Below are positions 1-12,874 of a stretch of 64,000 nt of DNA, piece after piece. Source of the stretch: Penicillus capitatus (Eukaryota; Plantae; Chlorophyta); NCBI GenBank assembly GCA_965649825.1, contig OZ287700.1, forward strand, positions 248,001 through 312,000. The letters are read 5' to 3'. The translations under genes and the position numbers were made by a program. The notes under the pieces are model-generated. The model was given only the letters and a program-made list of their open reading frames with translations. It searched no databases and was not told where the DNA came from. How positions within the stretch are numbered: position 1 is the stretch's first letter; every line of letters begins with the position of its first letter.

Positions 1-2491
1 TGGACGTCACATCCGTCAAATCAATTGGAGCACGGACTGGACGAAAAGCGTCGGACTGGAAGGTTTTTTGGGGCATCGATCCCAGAACTTTCTCGAGATC
101 CAAATCCACGGCCGGATCAGGAAGATCAGATTTCAAGACGATGCGGCCTGTCCCAGAGATCTCTCCCAAAACTTGCATGTCACACTTTTCCCTCTCACAG
201 ATCTCACTCAAAAGTTCTCTGTGCTGTGAACGGATGAGCAGACAATCGTTCTCTTGGTACTCGGCACCCCAGATCTCGAGAACAGACATTGTTGGATCAC
301 CAAGGGTAACCTGTCGGATGTCGATGTCGGCACCCTTGGGATAGATAATCTCTTTGACCACATTGCAATTGCCACCTGCCCCCTGATCATGAATCTGCAC
401 GATGGGATTCTCATTGCCCATTTCCACGCAGGCTCGCACCACTCTCCACAATTTCTGAGCCATTTCAGCATCACCTCGCTGCCAGCGAAACGTCACATCA
501 ACATCAAACCAAGAATCTTTGCCATACCTGCACTGCATTGAAATCCAGATCGACTCGATTGGACCCCCCGGGGAGACTGGAGGCGGCGCCGCCACCCATG
601 CCAATGCGATAAGCCGGACCTCCAATCTTGACAACGAGCATGGATACCTCTCCATCGTCCTTCTTGAGATGCTGGTGATCGATGTGACCGATCCCACCGC
701 TAAACATGATCGGTTTGATCCATTCCCGGCGAGACCCGTCTGGCAGACGCTGCCCAAATGTCCGAGTGTAGCCCGCAACAACGGGTTCGCCAAATTTGTT
801 TCCGTAATCCAAGGCGCCGTTGCTGGCTTCGATGAGGATCTGATTCGGCCGGGCGAGATTCTCTGGATAGACGAATGCAGGATCACTCCACTGATGCAGA
901 GTACGATAGGGAGCATCTTCAGGCGACTCCAAGAACTCGAGGTTCCCAACACAGTAACCTGCCGTTGCACCTCCCATGATGGAACCTTTCCCCGTAGCAT
1001 GGGTATCACGAATGCGTCCTCCAGCTCCCGTTTCAGCCCCTAAGGCATTGCCCCGTTGCTGTGCTCTCTGCAAGGATATTGCTAAACCTGGACATGGCGC
1101 AACCGCACAGGGGAAGTTGTGTGTCTCGGCTGTGAACAGAATATCCCAGTCCTGTTCCTTAACCGTCAATGGACTGCATTGCCCGGCTCGAAGAGGGAGA
1201 AGAGGATGGACAGTGCCTCCACGTAATGCCGAAGAATTATCGTCGAATGCAATAACACTATTGTTCGGATGTGCCTTGAGCGGCGCTTGGACCATCTCCA
1301 TCAACGTCTGCGGCATTTGGGTTCCATCAACGACCACTTTACCCTTGAAGTACCAATGCCTAGAGAACAAGCGAAATCTGAGAGAGATCCTGATGATGAG
1401 GGAATAGATAGACCTTGAGTGTTCGCTATTGGACTGGGCGATGTCAAAGAGTTCGACATTTGTGGGATCCCGTTTCATATCGTGTCGAAAGAGTGAGGTG
1501 TAATAATCCAGATCCCATGCATCGAACGCCAATCCCATTTCCTACAGCAGACGTACGGTTTCTTCAAAAGAAGCGTCAGTATTCAGACGTCGTTGATCGC
1601 TTCCAGCGCTGCTCGGCCGTTTTGCATCACAGGAATGGATGTGACAGGACTTGGGGCGAGATCGGAATGCAATGAGACCAACGGTTCAGTGTAGATCTGT
1701 TCCGTCATTCGATCAGAGACCTGAAGACCACAGGTTCGGCGTGATTCTCGGCAATGTGTGTCGACGGACGGCATTGGCGAAGAGGGTGCGATCGGAGGGT
1801 GTCAATGGCGTCGATGTGCCGATGCGATAGCGCACGGATCTTTCGATGCGACGGATGTCATGAAGTCCACAGGCATGACAGATCGAAACGGCATTGGTCG
1901 ACCAGGCCGTCGAAAAATTCAATCGTGGCCCAATCTCCACCACGTCATATGACACGCCATCGTCTCGCACTCCGTTTTCCAGGTCGCTCTCAGAAACGAG
2001 GCTCCCTGTCTCAAACGTCTCTTCTAATAACCACCGCAGCACTGTCATTTGTTCCGCCGCCAAGCCTCCCGTCACCTCAACGTTGAAGCACTACATACAG
2101 GACGCGTTTCAAAAGAGTGAGCACATGTGTGACCGCGAAGTCGTGCCATTTCACGATCGAGGGATCGAAGAGTGGATGGATCAAAGGATCCTGTTTTGAG
2201 TTTGAGCTTCATCGAAAACTCCTCCGCCTCATTGAGCGGAACGCTGCGGTACCATCGCATCACGTGTGAAGCCGTGACAGCTTCCTGAACAAACAAACGC
2301 ATCTCACTCTTGCGCATTCTCTCACACTTTCCCACCGTTTCCGTCGTCGATGCGGACGTCAAAGGCCACATCTTTCGCCATGGTCTCACACACACCGCCC
2401 GAGACGCAGGGCATCGACGGTGCGATCGAATCGATCTGGAAACTGAGCGATCTCGAACAGACGGCGCTCTCCGCTGGCCGAGCCACCTCAT
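1..2491 (-). CDS. purL: Phosphoribosylformylglycinamidine synthase (FGAM synthase), multi-exon, runs off the window start; probable plastid transit peptide
   Basis: Exons encode FDIAQSNSEHSR-HWYFKG, LFTAETHNFPCAV, GAETGAGGRIRD, DYGNKFGEP, REWIKPIMFSGGIG, IGGPAYRIGMGGGAASS and VVEIGPRLNFSTAWSTNAVSIC, all hallmark eukaryotic PurL motifs. The N-terminus is Arg/Ser-rich; ATG at 2491 is tentative. Confidence 0.95.
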
Positions 2492-2651
2492 TACACAACG
2501 CCTTCTCCTCACGCTTCGCGTTTGATCCCGCTCACCGTCGCGGCGCCCATGGTGTCACGTTGCGTCTTGGTATCGACGTCAACCCTTCCAGTATCATCAT
2601 CTCCGACATGTATGTTCGTTCGTGCGTTCGTTCAGTCCTATCCGTTTGTTT

Positions 2652-5604
2652 ATGATGTCAAGTGAAGACGTGTCGAAGTCTCGCCGCGTCACGCGGGAAG
2701 ATACATTGGAAGACGCAAAATTCTTTGATTTCACTGTCTCCACGCCTCTCGTCTTCGCAGCGCAGCCCTCAGACGAGCTCCCCCCTCTCAAAGAAGAAGA
2801 ACTGGTGGACGGGACCATTGAATCGCGCACCGAGTTTCCTGGACCACAAAAATGGGAAGAGACCTATCAGGCTGACCTCCAAGGCGAAGCCGACCGCATT
2901 CTCCAAAACTTCACCAAGACTCCCGTCGACAGCAACTTCGACAGCTCCATGCCACAGACCTCGACCGTGGCCGATGATAATCTCGCCGATCGATTGGGAA
3001 AAGGATTTCTGGATCCGGCGACGCTCATGTTACAGATACAGGAAAACAACGCGCTGCATTTTACGACCTCCGTTCGCCGCTCCCTGGGCGCCACACAGTT
3101 TGCACGGATCACCAGTCGAATGGGATTTCATTCGCGCAGTGCCAGTCGCATACGAGAGGAGCGAAGACGTCAGGAGCTACGTGATCGCGTCCTGCCATCC
3201 AGTTCCAGTTTCAGTCCGGAGTTCTATCTGAGTCATGTCCACGCGGAGACATCCCTGTCGGAGTTGCAGGAAGGCATGCGGTTTCTCGAAGTGGAGCTGT
3301 CCAAACGGACGGGTCAGTTGAAGACGTTAGTCAAGGAGCACTTCGAGGGATTCATCTCCTGTAAAAATTCGATCGATGATGTGCACGTGCGCCTCCGGAG
3401 GAACGAGACACAGAACAGCGGCGCCAATACGGCATCGCTGAAGGCATCCCTTGCCGCTGTACAGACAGAATTGCTGAATTCGTTTTCGCCGATTCTGGAG
3501 AGACAGGACAAACTGGAACAGCTGAAACACGTCATGGAGATTCTTAAGCGATTTCAGTCGTCCTTCAATCTGCCGTCCAATATCCGACAGCTGTCACACA
3601 ACCGCGATTTTCAGCAGGTCGTCAGCGAATACCGCCGGGCGAAATCGACGATGGCAGGGGCGGAGGTGAAGATCTGGCGGAGTCTGTTCGAAGAGGTCAA
3701 GAAAGAGACGACTGACGTGTGCATGAAGATTCATAAGACATTGGAAGATCCCTTACTCGATGTGGACGAAGTACAGGACCTCATCACCTGTCTCTGTCAG
3801 CTGCGAAACGAAGGCTTGGAGTTTGCCTTCACCGTGGAGCCCGTGTCGCTGTGGCTGGTGCATGTGGAGGAGTATGTGCATCAAGAGGTCGATCGACTGA
3901 CAAGACGACACCGTCGCCAGATAGAGAGCGCCGTGCGTTTGGAGGACACGCCAAAAAAGCGTTCCACATTGACAGGGCCTTATGACAGAGATGTCACGAG
4001 GTTGGGCTCGCTGGTCGAAACCCCCTGTGTAGCACAGCAATGCACGGAGTATACGACACGGCTTTGTCTCTTGCTGACGGAACATTTGCCGAAACTGTGG
4101 AAGCTCAAACGCCATCCCCAGCTGCAGAAGATGCCAGACATCGACAACGAGATTCAGAAAGAGATCTGGAAAGAGCTCGACAGTGTGGACGCCATCACCC
4201 GTGGCATCATGGACGCCTTTACAGGCCGAATTGTGCTAACCGTAGAGAACATGCTCATGTCTGACGGACTGCTCTCGCCTTGCGTCTTCACTCTGCTCAA
4301 GGAGCTGCGTCTGTTTGCCTCAGACATGAAAGTCCGCACTCCGTGCCGTCATTGAGCAGACGTATGTATGGATGGTGATGTAGGATTGCCCGACATCGTG
4401 TATGGAGACGTTGACAGATTTGGTCCACGAATGCTTCGAAATGTGCGTCAACTATCTCTGTACCTATCTCAGACAGCAGATGGCGTCTCTGGGCGAATGG
4501 GAGGATTGGAAGATTCGAATCGGCAGTTACTGTCGCGGGCATCCCGTCACGAGCGTCCCTTACAAACTGGGTCAGGCCGTGCGCGATGTCATGGAGCAGT
4601 TTCGTCAGATCAAGTCCGAACAGGACCAGTGGACAGACGTCCGTATCCAAACCGAAGCAAAGAGCCTGAATAATGCATTCAATGAGTGCTTTGAGTCGTT
4701 TGCTATGGCCGTCGAAGGTTTAGCCGTGGAGATCGTCGAACCCCACGATGGCAACGGCCAGCACGATGCGCATGTATGGGCTGTCGGTGTCGAGATCTCA
4801 CTCTTCTCAAAAAGTGTGATGTAGATCCCCGAGATCTCGAAGCTGTTGATTTTGATCAGTAATTCTATGTACATTCGTCAACGCATTGTTCCGGAGCTGA
4901 TGCGACAGTACTCCGAATTTATCAAGGGCCCAGAAGAGAATAACTCCCTGTTGATGCAGTTTCAGAATCTCGAACAGACAATGGTGCAGCGCTTTATCGA
5001 GCACGCCAAGAAAATGACAGAGAAGGCCATCGACGCCACCATCGCCTCCGAAAAAGAATCGCCGCCGATGAAGCTCTCCGAATTTCGCGCCACCGATGCA
5101 CCGTCCACATGGATCGCTGTGATTGCCGATGTCCACAGCGAGTTGATCAAATACGCCCCGTCTAAAGTCGATGTCGTCCTTCCTGCTATGGTGCTGCATC
5201 TGATACGTCGAATAAAGCTCAGGATACAAGATCTGAAACACCTCGGCTTCTTGCTGCAGATGTATATCGATGTGATGTTCGTCGACAATGTCTTCAAAGG
5301 CATCGATCTCCGGGATGTGCACAAAGCCTGGGATGCCATCTATGAGAAACTGAACCATTTGATCTCAGCTCAGATCCGTTTCATGAAGGACATGGATAAG
5401 GATATGGATTATCCAGAAGAGGATACAGGGATGAACGTGCTGAACGTTTTTTCTGACAGTGACCTGGAGGATGTGGTGAAACTGGATAAGAAACTGCAGA
5501 GGCTGTTTAAGGACGGAATCAAAGAGAGCATTCGTGGGATGAGCATGAACCTCGCGTCGATGCGCATCTTTAAAACAAAAGACAAACTGAAATCATCATC
5601 ATAG
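2652..5604 (+). CDS. SEC5: Exocyst complex component SEC5/EXOC2, multi-exon
   Basis: FSPEFYLSHVHAETSLSELQEG...LKTLVKEHFEGFISCKNSIDD and FNLPSNIR...FQQVVSEYRRAKS match the plant Sec5 N-terminal region. ORFs 2622-4355, 4402-4824 and 4846-5604 are linked by short GT-AG introns. Confidence 0.9.
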
Positions 5605-5614
5605 CATGGATCTG

Positions 5615-5660
5615 TGTAATATCGCCCATCATCACTCCGTAGAAGTGCGATTTCGTGTAA
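5615..5660 (+). terminator. Two TGTAA elements downstream of the SEC5 stop (candidate chlorophyte-type polyadenylation signals)
   Basis: TGTAA at 5615-5619 and 5656-5660, 11 and 52 nt after the stop. UGUAA is the established near-upstream poly(A) element in many chlorophytes. Confidence 0.35.
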
Positions 5661-5688
5661 ATAAGAGCATAACCTCCATGGTAATTGC

Positions 5689-7035
5689 TTAAGACTTTAA
5701 TGCGTATGTCTCCTCCAAGTACTTAATGATCTCGGTGCTCTCAAAAATGGCGACGCCTGTGTTGGGATCCTAAAAGTGTGACTAGTCGATAAGAGGGAGA
5801 TGGATAGAGAGAAGCAAACTTCGAGATAAGGAGCTTGGAAGACGCCCACTTTTTCTTTGAGTATTTCTTTCTTTGGACTCCCCCGTGCGCAGCAGATTTG
5901 CAAGAAAGGCAATTCCTAGCGATCGATGATGACGACGGTTAGAAAAAGAGTGAGAAAAGAATGAGATGGCACCAATTCGACGAGACATTCGCGGACGAAT
6001 CGGCTGAAAGGTGATGACTCAAATGCCCAAAACGTCAGCGGCTGATCTGGATACTTCGCCGGTCGATACACTCTTCCCTTGCCAAATCTAAATTCCACTC
6101 TCTCACTCTTTTCGCCAAGCCAAAAGAGTGACATACCTCACCAAGGAAAAGATGCCGCATGTAAAGGTCGTCAGAGGACCCAATCGGAGTGCAAGAGGCA
6201 CCTTGCCGTCTCCATAGTTGCGGAAGAGGTAACGAATAATGTCATTGGATTCGTACATAGAAGTGCCTGTATTGGGATCGATCATATATGGATTGCTAAT
6301 TTTTCCGCCTAGTTCCTGGAGACGTGGTCGATGGCGTGGCCCTCCGACCGGCGTTGGATAGAACATCACATCGAGGTCCAAAATACAGACAGCCTCGCGG
6401 ACTTTCTGGCAAAAGGGACATGCCTGAAACTCGTAGATCTCGATCGGCTGCTCCGGACGCTTGAAGGTCGAGATCTACAAAACCGTGGCCTCCTGTATGG
6501 CATCACACCATCTCACTCTAAGGCGCTCACTTTCGAAGTCGATTCGATGATATTTGGAAATCCTAACGGTTTAAACGGACGATAGGTGGACCCGTCATCG
6601 GGTTCCTAATGTGGCAGAGGGTGTGTAAGAGTGAGAGATGCTGAGGTCACACTTTTGAGAGGCTCAAGGAGTAACCTGCGACCAGCACTCCACTGCCGCC
6701 TCGAAGCGTCGCTGCCACCAATAACCCTATGACCTATGATGACCATCATACCATCACACACCATCACTCCTGTCGACGGAGACGGGCACTTCGAAAAAAC
6801 GTCCTTTGGGAATCTTGTACGCCGCCATCTCTTCCTGCCGAAACTTTACGACTTCGGTCTCCGATGCGACCTCCTTGATGGTCGTTCCTTCACTTGGACC
6901 GCTCGCTGACGGTCGGGCATGAAAGCGACGTCGGAAGGGTCCCTCGCTGCGTCGCGGAACCGAAGCTAAGGGTCGTTGGTTTGCCCAGTGCGCCAGGCCC
7001 TTGGCAGACGTGACAGATATCTTGCCGGAGGACAT
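5689..7035 (-). CDS. Plastid tandem GST-N/thioredoxin-like domain protein (At5g03880-like), multi-exon
   Basis: Two repeated modules, ...PYMIDPNTGTSMYESNDIIRYL...YGDGKVPLAL and FWAFESSPFSRFVRECLVEL...CARGSPK...FQAPYLEDPNTGVAIFESTEIIKYL. Transit-peptide-like N-terminus; TAA at 5689-5691. Confidence 0.85.
6103..6131. repeat. Perfect 10-bp inverted repeat TCACTCTTTT-(9 nt)-AAAAGAGTGA inside a 49-nt intron; type example of a window-wide intronic motif
   Basis: Read directly from the sequence. The intron GTATGTCACTCTTTTGGCTTGGCGAAAAGAGTGAGAGAGTGGAATTTAG on the minus strand splices SLVR|FGKGRVY in frame. Confidence 0.85.
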
Positions 7036-7152
7036 GGTGCTGTGAGATTCCTCGGATTGTTGAAGCCGTACGCGTTCGCGGTTTGCTGTTCGTTTTTTCC
7101 AGATGACTTTGATCGTAATTCTTCAGAAGAATGGAAGGGACGTAACATCATC

Positions 7153-7983
7153 ATGTGGGCGGCGGCAACGTTGAGATCCTCAGCCATCCGTACGGCGACG
7201 ATTCGTGCTGCCTCTCTACGTCGGACAACGTTCCTCCCTCGACGGTCGACCCTCTTCCCACGTCACATCACCACCGTCGACGCCCCCACACGAACTCTGG
7301 CCACCAAAATCACCGTGCGATGGGAGGCCGTCAAAATTATGAAAGACAACGAGGTGTTTAGGCAAGTATGCGAGTCGGAGAGAAGCTCGATGACTATCCC
7401 GAGTACTTCAAGTGTGATACCTCCTATCCTCTGACTAGGGTTAGATATGGCCCTGTAGCAAGGTGACGTCATCTCAGGGGAAGACGGTGTCGCTGTCGAG
7501 CTTCAAGGGCAGAAATCCGGTCGTCCTGTTCTTCTACCCTAAGGCGGGCACACCGGGATGCACGAAACAGGTCTGCATCCGCACTGACGAGGGATGGGTG
7601 ATCACATAGATTGCGTGTGCGTCCGTGCAGGCGCAGACATTTCGAGATCAATACGATCAGTTGACGAAACTGGGGGCCAAAGTATTTGGCATCAGTGGGG
7701 ACACCCTCGATGAGCAGAAATCTTTTGCCGCTGCACAGAATCTCCCCTTCCCTCTACTGGTCGACGCCAACGATGCCTTGCGAAAAGTCCCATCCATTTC
7801 ACTCCATACCTGCGAAACCATCGCCTGTAGGGATTCGGCATTCAAGGAGATCTCTTTGGCGCCCTTCCTGGTCGTCAAACCATCGTGATTGACAAATCGG
7901 GGACATGTATTCTGTCATACAACAACCAATTCAATCCTGAGTCTCATGCGAAAGAGGCCATCAAGGCATTGTCCGACGGTTAG
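7153..7983 (+). CDS. PRXQ: Peroxiredoxin Q (BCP-type), plastid-targeted, multi-exon
   Basis: Spliced product PVVLFFYPKAGTPGCTKQ|ACAFRDQY...VFGISGD...LPFPLLVD...GRQTIVIDKSG...YNNQFNPESH. It has the CxxxxC active site and an Ala/Arg/Thr-rich transit peptide. Confidence 0.93.
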
Positions 7984-8019
7984 CGAACACGCCTGTTTCT
8001 GTAGCGGATTTTGACGCTT

Positions 8020-10264
8020 CTACTGATCGTCTCCTTGCTGTACGACATGCAGCACGGCTAACTCTGCGTTGCCTTCGTGCTGTCTTAGCAGATCGATGAC
8101 GTGCGCCCGTGGAAAATTGAGCACGTCCATGACTTGATTGATCACCATCTCCGAGAGCTCCACCACACTTTCGTCGCTCGTCACACTACGCCAGCCCATA
8201 CTGGCACTGCGTTCGCTCTCTAGATACAGACAACGCACGCTTCAGATGCGATGGCTCGATCGGTGAGCGGCACCTCCGGGAGGGCGTTCGGCTTCTTGCC
8301 CTTCGCCATCGACGGTTGGAGGTATCGTCGGATGCGAGGCCAACTGCACTTCGGAGCTTCCGTGCAGCAGCACATCGATGCCGAGATTCTTAGAGAAGAT
8401 GTCTTGAAAACTGCGCACTCTGACCCACGACTGATGCTCGTCCAACAGAAACTTGATAAAATGAATCAACTGCGGCCCCGGAAGATTCATCGATTCCTGC
8501 AGGGCTGCCTGGAGAGCAGAACAGAGACGAGAGGTCGATGGATACTCAGCCTTGGGCGACATAATCATCGTCAACGTATCCTTCACACAGATCACACTTT
8601 CTCACACATCGACCCTCGATCGCGATCCACCTGCAGCTGCGGAAATAGATCTTCGTGGGATTTGACAATCGGCGTCAGATTTTTGCGCAGCAGCTCCAGG
8701 GCGACGTCGTAGCTTCCGCTCTCGGCCACGCGCAGCACTTCCAATCTCCACAGCTCGAAGAGCACTTGAGGGTATTTATTGTAGAGCTCCACATCGATCT
8801 CTTTCACTTGTTCGATCGTCTCCAAATATTTGCCGTCTTTCACTTTCTTAAGCAGTCGCAGAATGACTTTGAGATTGGGATCGTGTCGGTAGCTGAGTTT
8901 CTTCAGCTTGCGTACAGGGTAGCTTGGCTTATCGGCCTCAGAAAAGCACTTGGAGAGGCCTTCTCCCGATCCCTATGATCATCTCACAGCCACACGACCA
9001 CATACCATCCTCCTTACCTCTGGCTCCGAACCCGTCATCATCTCTGTATCCGATTTGGAATCGTGAAACTCCTCTTTGGCATCGATCTCTTCGGATTCCG
9101 ACTCGGACAGCTGCAGCAATCCTCTGAGAGCACAGGAGATGAGGGAGCAGTGAGTGATGGGACGGCAGTTTGCCTGTAGCCAGCGTATTCCAAGACGAGA
9201 TTGTTCAGTTCTTGTGTGTTGAGTTTCAGTCGACCGATTTCGCTTTCGAATGCCGTCGAGACATCTCCTTTGCTTCGCTGAAGGGCCTTGACTGCATCGG
9301 CCGTCGAAATGTCGAGCGCGTATTCGATGGCGTCGATATCTTTGTCCGAAATCTCGATCTTGGTCTCGTCTCCCATCGCCATGGGGGCCGGCGTTCGTTC
9401 GGCCACGTAGATCTTTTCGATCCATGGCGTCGTCTGCACTTCATCGACGAGCGTCTCCGTATCGCTCGCTCCGACATGCAGCAGCAAATATTTCAATACA
9501 TTAACGAGATCTGGATCTTTGAGACCTAGTGGTCACACATTGTGTTGGCGGCTGAGATGGGGGGCGGCAAAAGTGTGACCAAGAATGGATTTGAGTGTCC
9601 CGCAGATCAGTTCTCCCAAGTAATGACGTGACTCATCGGACCATTCGTATGAGACGGGGCTCTCCGACGCCGTCTCTTCGAAGACGAACATCAGGAGCAG
9701 TTTCTTGAATTCGTTGTAAGCTTCGGGATAGGCGTGTATGGCGGCGGGTGCCAAGACGTCCCGAATCCAGCCTAGTCACATCACTCAGAAATGCGATGCT
9801 TGAAAAAGAGTGAGATACGAAGGGCATCGGCATCGCCGGCAGATGTCTTCTTCCGCAGCATTTCCACCAGTATCTGTTTCTTCAGCAGAAATTGCAGCCG
9901 GCTGTCCTGCGCAGAGTGATGCGTGAGAAAGAGTGACATGCAAAAAGTGTGACTTCAAGGAGTTCAGGACAGAGCTCCCGAATGAGTTCCTTTGCTTTGT
10001 CAATCTCTCCGTCCTTGATAAAATCTTTGATGGCCAAACACTTGCGTTTCATTTCTTTCGTCGATTCGAAAGCGCCAGATTCCTGTACCGAGAGGTCCAT
10101 CATCGAGCAGACAGGTGTATGTTCGTTCGGGGTACCTCTGCGAGACCTTCGCACAGCATGTAGCTGAGGACCATCGAGTCCAGGGCGTTGAGGTTGATTC
10201 CGGTTCCTTGGCGAAGCTCCGGCATCTTTTTCTTTTTGGCCACCTTCGGTCGAAGGCAATTCAT
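8020..10264 (-). CDS. Tandem LisH/CTLH protein with UBA-like domains (resembles plant At5g66810), multi-exon
   Basis: LisH-like INLNALDSMVLSYMLCEGL and LNNLVLEYAGYR; CTLH-like LAIKDFIKDGEIDKAKELIRELCPELL and VLFELWRLEVLRVAESG; UBA-like DAIEYALDISTADAVKALQRSKGDV and NQVMDVLNFPRAHVIDLLRQHEGNAELAV. Start at 10264 or 10225. Confidence 0.7.
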
Positions 10265-10429
10265 GAAAAGCGACGTGGCGCTGCGGACGCGACCGAGACA
10301 GACGGTACGACACTTTCCGCACACATGCGCTGCCAACTCTCCCAAACGCGCTCCCCAATGAAGCACGAATTCACCATACGACGTCTCACACTTCCCATTC
10401 CGCACTTTCTCACTCTTTTGGCTGCCTAC

Positions 10430-10971
10430 GCTGTCGACTCCGATCACTCCCGCTTCATACTGAGGGGTATGTTCGTGCAGATGTTCCATGACTGGGTCAT
10501 CGCTGTCAGTCTGGCCATGGTGTTGCTCGCTTTCTTTGCCCTATCGACAAATCGCGGTATGCAAAAGAGTGACCAGAGTGTGTGAAAAGAGTGAGATTGC
10601 TAGAGTCTTTGACATTACTGTGTGGCGTCGGGATTGTGCTGGAGCGAACATCTCTTCTCTTACGGCAGCGTCAGATCTTTATCGAAATGGAACGCATCGA
10701 GCACATTCTCATTACCGAAGTCTGTCTCATTGACGATCCACACATGGTCACACTTTCGATCAACATTCAGGTCATTGGTTCAACGGATGTCCACTTTCAC
10801 CTCGTCTTCCTTCTGAAAGATCAAACAGATCTAACCGTTGCCTTCGAAGTACGGCATCCAGATCTAATAGATCATCACACCATAGATCTTTTGGATCACT
10901 CCAGGATCTCATGCCTTCGCTAGAGCAGCTGAGACAGATCTACCAATGCCTGCTGCAGTCCTAAGTGCCAT
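10430..10971 (-). CDS. Candidate small spliced gene of unknown function
   Basis: ATG at 10971 opens MALRTAAGIGRSVSAALAK, which resembles a presequence. A downstream exon reads DFGNENVLDAFHFDKDLTLP followed by a GTAAG donor, and an intron-type motif cluster sits at 10563-10595. The model needs GC-AG intron(s); an alternative ATG is at 10912. Confidence 0.3.
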
Positions 10972-10979
10972 CTATCGTC

Positions 10980-12514
10980 TCATCTGTGCTGTTTTCGTTT
11001 CTTTTGGCGTAGGACGGTCTTCATCATCTGCTCTGCTTTGTCCTCGTCCTCCTCCTGCTGTCGTCTCTTCTTCTTATCTTCTGTCTCTTTGATCTCGGAC
11101 AGCGACAGTCGCAGTGCTTCGGTCACACGTTCCAGCATCATCAACACTTCTTCTCTGTCGGTTCGGAACGCATCCATCTTTGTCTGAATGGCGTGTTCGA
11201 TTTTCTGAAAGTTCTCGATGTCGTATTGTGTGACCATCGTGATGGCTCGGCCGCTACGACCGGCGCGGGCTGTTCGGCCGACTCTGTGGATGTAGTCTTT
11301 CGCGTTCTGAGGCACGTCATAGTTGAGAACGACGTCGACAGAAGGGATGTCTAATCCTCGACTGGCAACATCTGTCGCGATGAGAATCGACTGCTCGCCA
11401 GATTTGAACTTGTTCAGAGACGACAGGCGTTTTGGCTGTGCCATCTGGCCATGAATCGGCACGGCACCGAAGCCAAGATGACGCAACATCAAACAGATCC
11501 TCCTCGCACTCTCACACGTTCTGAGAAAGACCTATCGTCGATCGAGTGTCATAATGAGTGAGGTATGAAAAAGAGTGATACGATGAGTGAGAGTCCTGTG
11601 AGATCATTGAGTGCATGCACCAGATAGCATTCCTTGTGCTTTGCTGGAAGGAACATGTATTGCTGTCTGAGGGTGTCCACCGTCGAGTACTTTGGGGAGA
11701 TTTCCACCTGGACAAGTCACATCAACTTAGCAGCAGAAGAGTGAGAATGCGAGGTCACACTTTGACGGGATTCATCAGCGCCGCCCTTTTGAGTTTGTGC
11801 ACTTTCGCCGTCATCGTCGCAGAAAACAGCTGCGTTCTGCGTTGCTTGGGCACCGCTCTCAGAATCTGATCAATCTCTTCTTCGAAATCCATATCCAAAA
11901 GCTTATCCGCCTCATCCAAGACCAGATGCCTAACCGTCCGGACACTGAACCCCTGCCAAGCAGACGGCCTTGTGCGATGGACTGGCTGCACGTTGGTGCA
12001 CTTTGGTATGGCTCAGATGGTCGACGATGCGTCCTGGAGTACCGACAATGATATGCGGCTGTTTACCGATGGCCACCGACTGCTGCATCATATCGACGCC
12101 TCCCACCAGCACGGCACATCGTACGCCAATGCCGGAGCCCAAAGCCTCAAACTGTTCAGCAATTTGCACGGCCAGTTCTCTTGTGGGGGCCATAACGAGA
12201 GCGAAGAAGGGCTTCTGTACATCGAGGAGATCCTGCAGAATGGGCAGAGCAAAGGCACCTGTCTTGCCCGAACCCGTCTGGGCCAAACCGATCACATCTT
12301 GTCCTGCACAGCAAGTGCACGTCGGCTGGTGTGGCGTCGGTATGTGTGATTTGTGTGACCAACCGGCGAGTAGCTTCGGTATCGCTTCCATCTGAATCGG
12401 CATCGGCCTTTTCCAGCCGAGCCGAGCAGCGACTTCCGAAAGCTCACGGCAGACACCGAGCGACGCAAAGGCCGCAGCCGATGCTTCGACGTCTTCTCTT
12501 TCGGCGTCCGTCAT
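10980..12514 (-). CDS. DDX47: DEAD-box RNA helicase RRP3/DDX47 (18S rRNA processing), multi-exon
   Basis: Q motif FASLGV...[10 protein letters not shown], then [39 protein letters not shown] and [33 protein letters not shown] is typical of Rrp3. Confidence 0.93.
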
Positions 12515-12874
12515 CGACGACTGGCGGCGAAGGACGATCGTCTTCTTCTTGACAAGACAGCTCGATTGCTGACTATACTGTTGATCATCGGGATCCAACA
12601 CAAGGCAGAGCTCCAGTGCATCGCCATGTCATCTCAGTGTGCATCTCGGTCACCTTCCATCGCGGCGCACGCTGTCTGCACGTTTTTGGACGCTACGGCG
12701 AACGTGGCGCTGAGAGGGTGATGGTCTGTACATCGACTTGACCGCGGCTCCACTGCCGATTGGACTTTATTGGCGCAGAACTGGCGGTTCCCAAACTCCT
12801 CTCCAACCCGACAGCACAGAGAAGTGACAGAACTCGACTTGCCAAAAAAAGAGAATTGCACGTCGTCTTCCAAA

